From positions 1 through 51,617 of the forward strand of contig JAQBVF010000026.1 of the NCBI GenBank assembly GCA_027623675.1: a stretch of 51,617 nucleotides of DNA, in the 5' to 3' direction. Below, piece after piece: positions 49,500-51,617 of this stretch. Both the position numbers and the translations under genes were made by a program. Origin of the DNA: Chloroflexota bacterium (GTDB lineage: Bacteria; Chloroflexota; Dehalococcoidia; Lucifugimonadales; UBA3495). A model generated the notes under the pieces. That model had not been told where the DNA came from. It was given only the letters and a program-made list of their open reading frames with translations, and did no database searches. Each line of letters starts with the position of its first letter. Within the stretch, counting starts at the first letter, position 1.

Positions 49500-50780
49500 T
49501 CAATAAGCCGGTCTCACAAGGACTCGCCCCTTATACCATGTCGCTAATTGGGGGTCGCCCCACAAACTACCAGGAACAGAGACTTCAAAGTCGGTCGACC
49601 AGCCTGATTGTAAGACAGTTCTCACCGGGGAGTCTCCCACAAAAACGACTCGGTTTTCAGCATCATACCCTACTACAGCAACTGCGAAGCCTTGCAATAT
49701 TTCAGTACCACCTAAAGTCTGGTCAGTGCCATTATAGATAACCCCGCGCACACCACCTTGTATGGCAAGACCCAGGCTATTATCTCCACGCACCCCTTCA
49801 AGGTCTTGGACATCAAGTCCCGCCACTCTTTTACCAAAGAGATGCGCTAAATCGTCCACCTTTGTTTGAATTTCTAGGAGGTCCCATGCTCTGACTTTGC
49901 CGTTCTCTGGTAATGCCGCCACAAATGGAACCGTCTCCTCAGGGCCAACCTCCCCATTAAGCAATACCGAGGCGTCTTTGGTCTCAACGACACGGCTCTC
50001 CATTTGATTAAGAAATCGGACAGTTATTGCTACACCAGGTATGGTCTTTTCCGTCATATTTTTGACTACACCTATAACTACTTGACCACCAAACCAACTC
50101 TCTGTCCAAACGAGAGCATCCAATTTAAGCTTTCCATCTCCTGCTAATTGTATGGCAGGGGTTGGTGTTGGCGCAGAGGTGGGTATTGGTATCGGGATTG
50201 CAGTCGGTGTTGCCATCGTTGTAGAGGTGGAGTTAGGTGCTGTGGGCGGTGTGGAAGTCAAGGAGGAGGCCGTCGGCCGAGGAGTCGTGTATGCAGGCGT
50301 TGAGAGTGGTCCTTGCCCCTCGTCCTTCCCATCGTGATTCACCATTCGTGCTTTTACAACACTGATATCCGGAATAGTAACTCTGTTCCCTAAGACGGCA
50401 GTATAGGTTCTGACCCCCACAACTGTTCCAACAAACTCTATGACGTCATCTTCCAAGAGGCGGGGGCCAGCGTAACTCAGGAACACGGTATCGTCCCAGA
50501 GGAAACGGCCTTTCGTAACATTCGCTCTCAGTTGATAGCGGTCCTTCCCAGCATCCACAACCTGAATCAGCTGGGCCTGGTAGTAGACGAGTTGCCCTAC
50601 ATACTGTTCATTGTTTCTGAAGAGGTCATTATATGGGATCGAAGAGGCATTCCCCTTCAAATCGTCGAACGATAATGCGGAAAGTCCAGGTGGAGGTGGC
50701 GTCGGTCCGACGGGTTGGCATGCCATAACTACCAGTCCAACTCCGAGAAGCAACCCAAGCATTTTCCAGATATTTCTCAT
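49500..50780 (-). CDS. lipoprotein with OB-fold-like N-domain, Pro/Thr linker and FxLYD-like Ig domains
   Basis: Lipobox VMAC; Y..L.RN...YVG......IQV; RLLEDD.I...G; G.V.N.T repeats. Confidence 0.75.
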   Translation of the reverse strand: MRNIWKMLGLLLGVGLVVMACQPVGPTPPPPGLSALSFDDLKGNASSIPYNDLFRNNEQYVGQLVYYQAQLIQVVDAGKDRYQLRANVTKGRFLWDDTVFLSYAGPRLLEDDVIEFVGTVVGVRTYTAVLGNRVTIPDISVVKARMVNHDGKDEGQGPLSTPAYTTPRPTASSLTSTPPTAPNSTSTTMATPTAIPIPIPTSAPTPTPAIQLAGDGKLKLDALVWTESWFGGQVVIGVVKNMTEKTIPGVAITVRFLNQMESRVVETKDASVLLNGEVGPEETVPFVAALPENGKVRAWDLLEIQTKVDDLAHLFGKRVAGLDVQDLEGVRGDNSLGLAIQGGVRGVIYNGTDQTLGGTEILQGFAVAVVGYDAENRVVFVGDSPVRTVLQSGWSTDFEVSVPGSLWGDPQLATWYKGRVLVRPAY

Positions 50781-50801
50781 TTCCAGGCCGCACTAACTGA
50801 G

Positions 50802-51491
50802 CCGATATTTCCCAGATCAAGCCGACTTTCCTGCATATAGCTCCCTCCGGGACGCCGTGAACTATAATCACGCGTTCCAATGAGGTCAACCGCCCTCCGA
50901 CTCGCTCTATTACCCCCTTCCCCCGGGGCAACCACTGTACTGCCAAGCGTAAAATCCCAAAACCGCTGGTCTACGCCCAAGGTTTTCCCTTGGGAATCCC
51001 TTTTGCCCTGGACAATCCCGTAACCGTCACCAATCCCGACGCTCTAAAGCAGACTAGCCAGGTGCTGGCCGCAGGCGACTGATCTGTTCCAGTATCCCGC
51101 CCAGCATTTCCCGGCTCACCAGCACTTCAGCTAGCTGGAATACCAACCTTCTGGCATGGCGTATCAACCGTCCTCCGGTTTTGATCATCCGGGTCTGGAG
51201 ACTGGTCAGCGACCAGTGCTTCATCGCCTCCGGTAGGGCCAGTCTCCGCATGAAGTTACCCAGGTTGTATGCCAGTACGAACAGGGCCAACCTCACCTGG
51301 TTGGCCACGGACTTGTGGCAGGAAAGCCGGGTCCAGTTCGGGGCGTATTTTCCCTCTTTGATCCATTGCTCCGCCGTGCCTCGGCCATTGTAAAAGCTGA
51401 CTATGCCTCTGGGAGGGTAGTTCAGGTTGGTGACGATGAAGCCCACCCTGGGAAACAGTTCTCCTTGGTGCCACTCCACCTTGGCCACCAA
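50802..51491 (-). mobile_element. IS1380-family remnant: 3' part of transposase (51054..51491) plus right end
   Basis: VAKVEWHQGELFPRVGFIVTNL, FYNGRGTAEQWIKEGK, ANQVRL.L..LAYNL.NF; putative terminal IR ATCTGGGAAATATCGG at 50802-50817. Confidence 0.85.
50861..50889 (-). promoter_or_regulatory. outward-facing promoter inside the IS1380 right end
   Basis: TTGACC-N17-TATAGT pointing at the 49500..50780 gene. Confidence 0.65.
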
Positions 51492-51617
51492 CGGGGAGTT
51501 CTAATGACCGTCTGTGGGGAATTCTTGGTGACCGTTGACACCGAACAAGCCGAACAGTGAGGTCCGGGCCTGCGGAGACGTTCTTCGTTGGACCATGACT
51601 CACGGTCGGAACCAAAC

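Larger units (their letters stand above)
48525..51617. mobile_element. left edge of a tRNA-integrated genomic island (extends beyond the window)
   Basis: att-like tRNA fragment, drop in GC, pseudogenes and IS remnant to its right. Confidence 0.7.

Overview
GC-rich bacterial chromosome segment, most consistent with Chloroflexota/Dehalococcoidia (SAR202-like). This is an inference from the tmRNA tag GEREFALAA, the style of the PyrB-like protein and the multiple LLM, hydrolase and DUF1501/DUF1800 paralogues. From left to right: the 5' part of tmRNA; housekeeping and catabolic genes (tam, CinA-like, RidA, EamA, GMC oxidoreductase, nudC, hydrolases, LLM monooxygenases); and two paralogous DUF1800/DUF1501/NHL-propeller modules without signal peptides. 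Next is a nitrogen-scavenging region that joins a BMP-type ABC transporter, biuret hydrolase, an amidase and AllH/AllG/AllF(FdrA)-like genes. A nearby carbamate kinase and an ATCase-fold carbamoyltransferase that has lost its aspartate-binding residues may belong to it. The window ends in the edge of a tRNA-Arg(UCU)-integrated island carrying pseudogenes and an IS1380 remnant. The best candidates for undescribed biology are (1) the biuret/AllFGH/carbamate kinase/altered transcarbamylase pathway, (2) twin promoter-plus-structured-RNA units at about 2.8-3.9 kb, and (3) the duplicated cytoplasmic DUF1800-DUF1501-NHL module. All family calls come from motif recognition by eye; no database searches were run.
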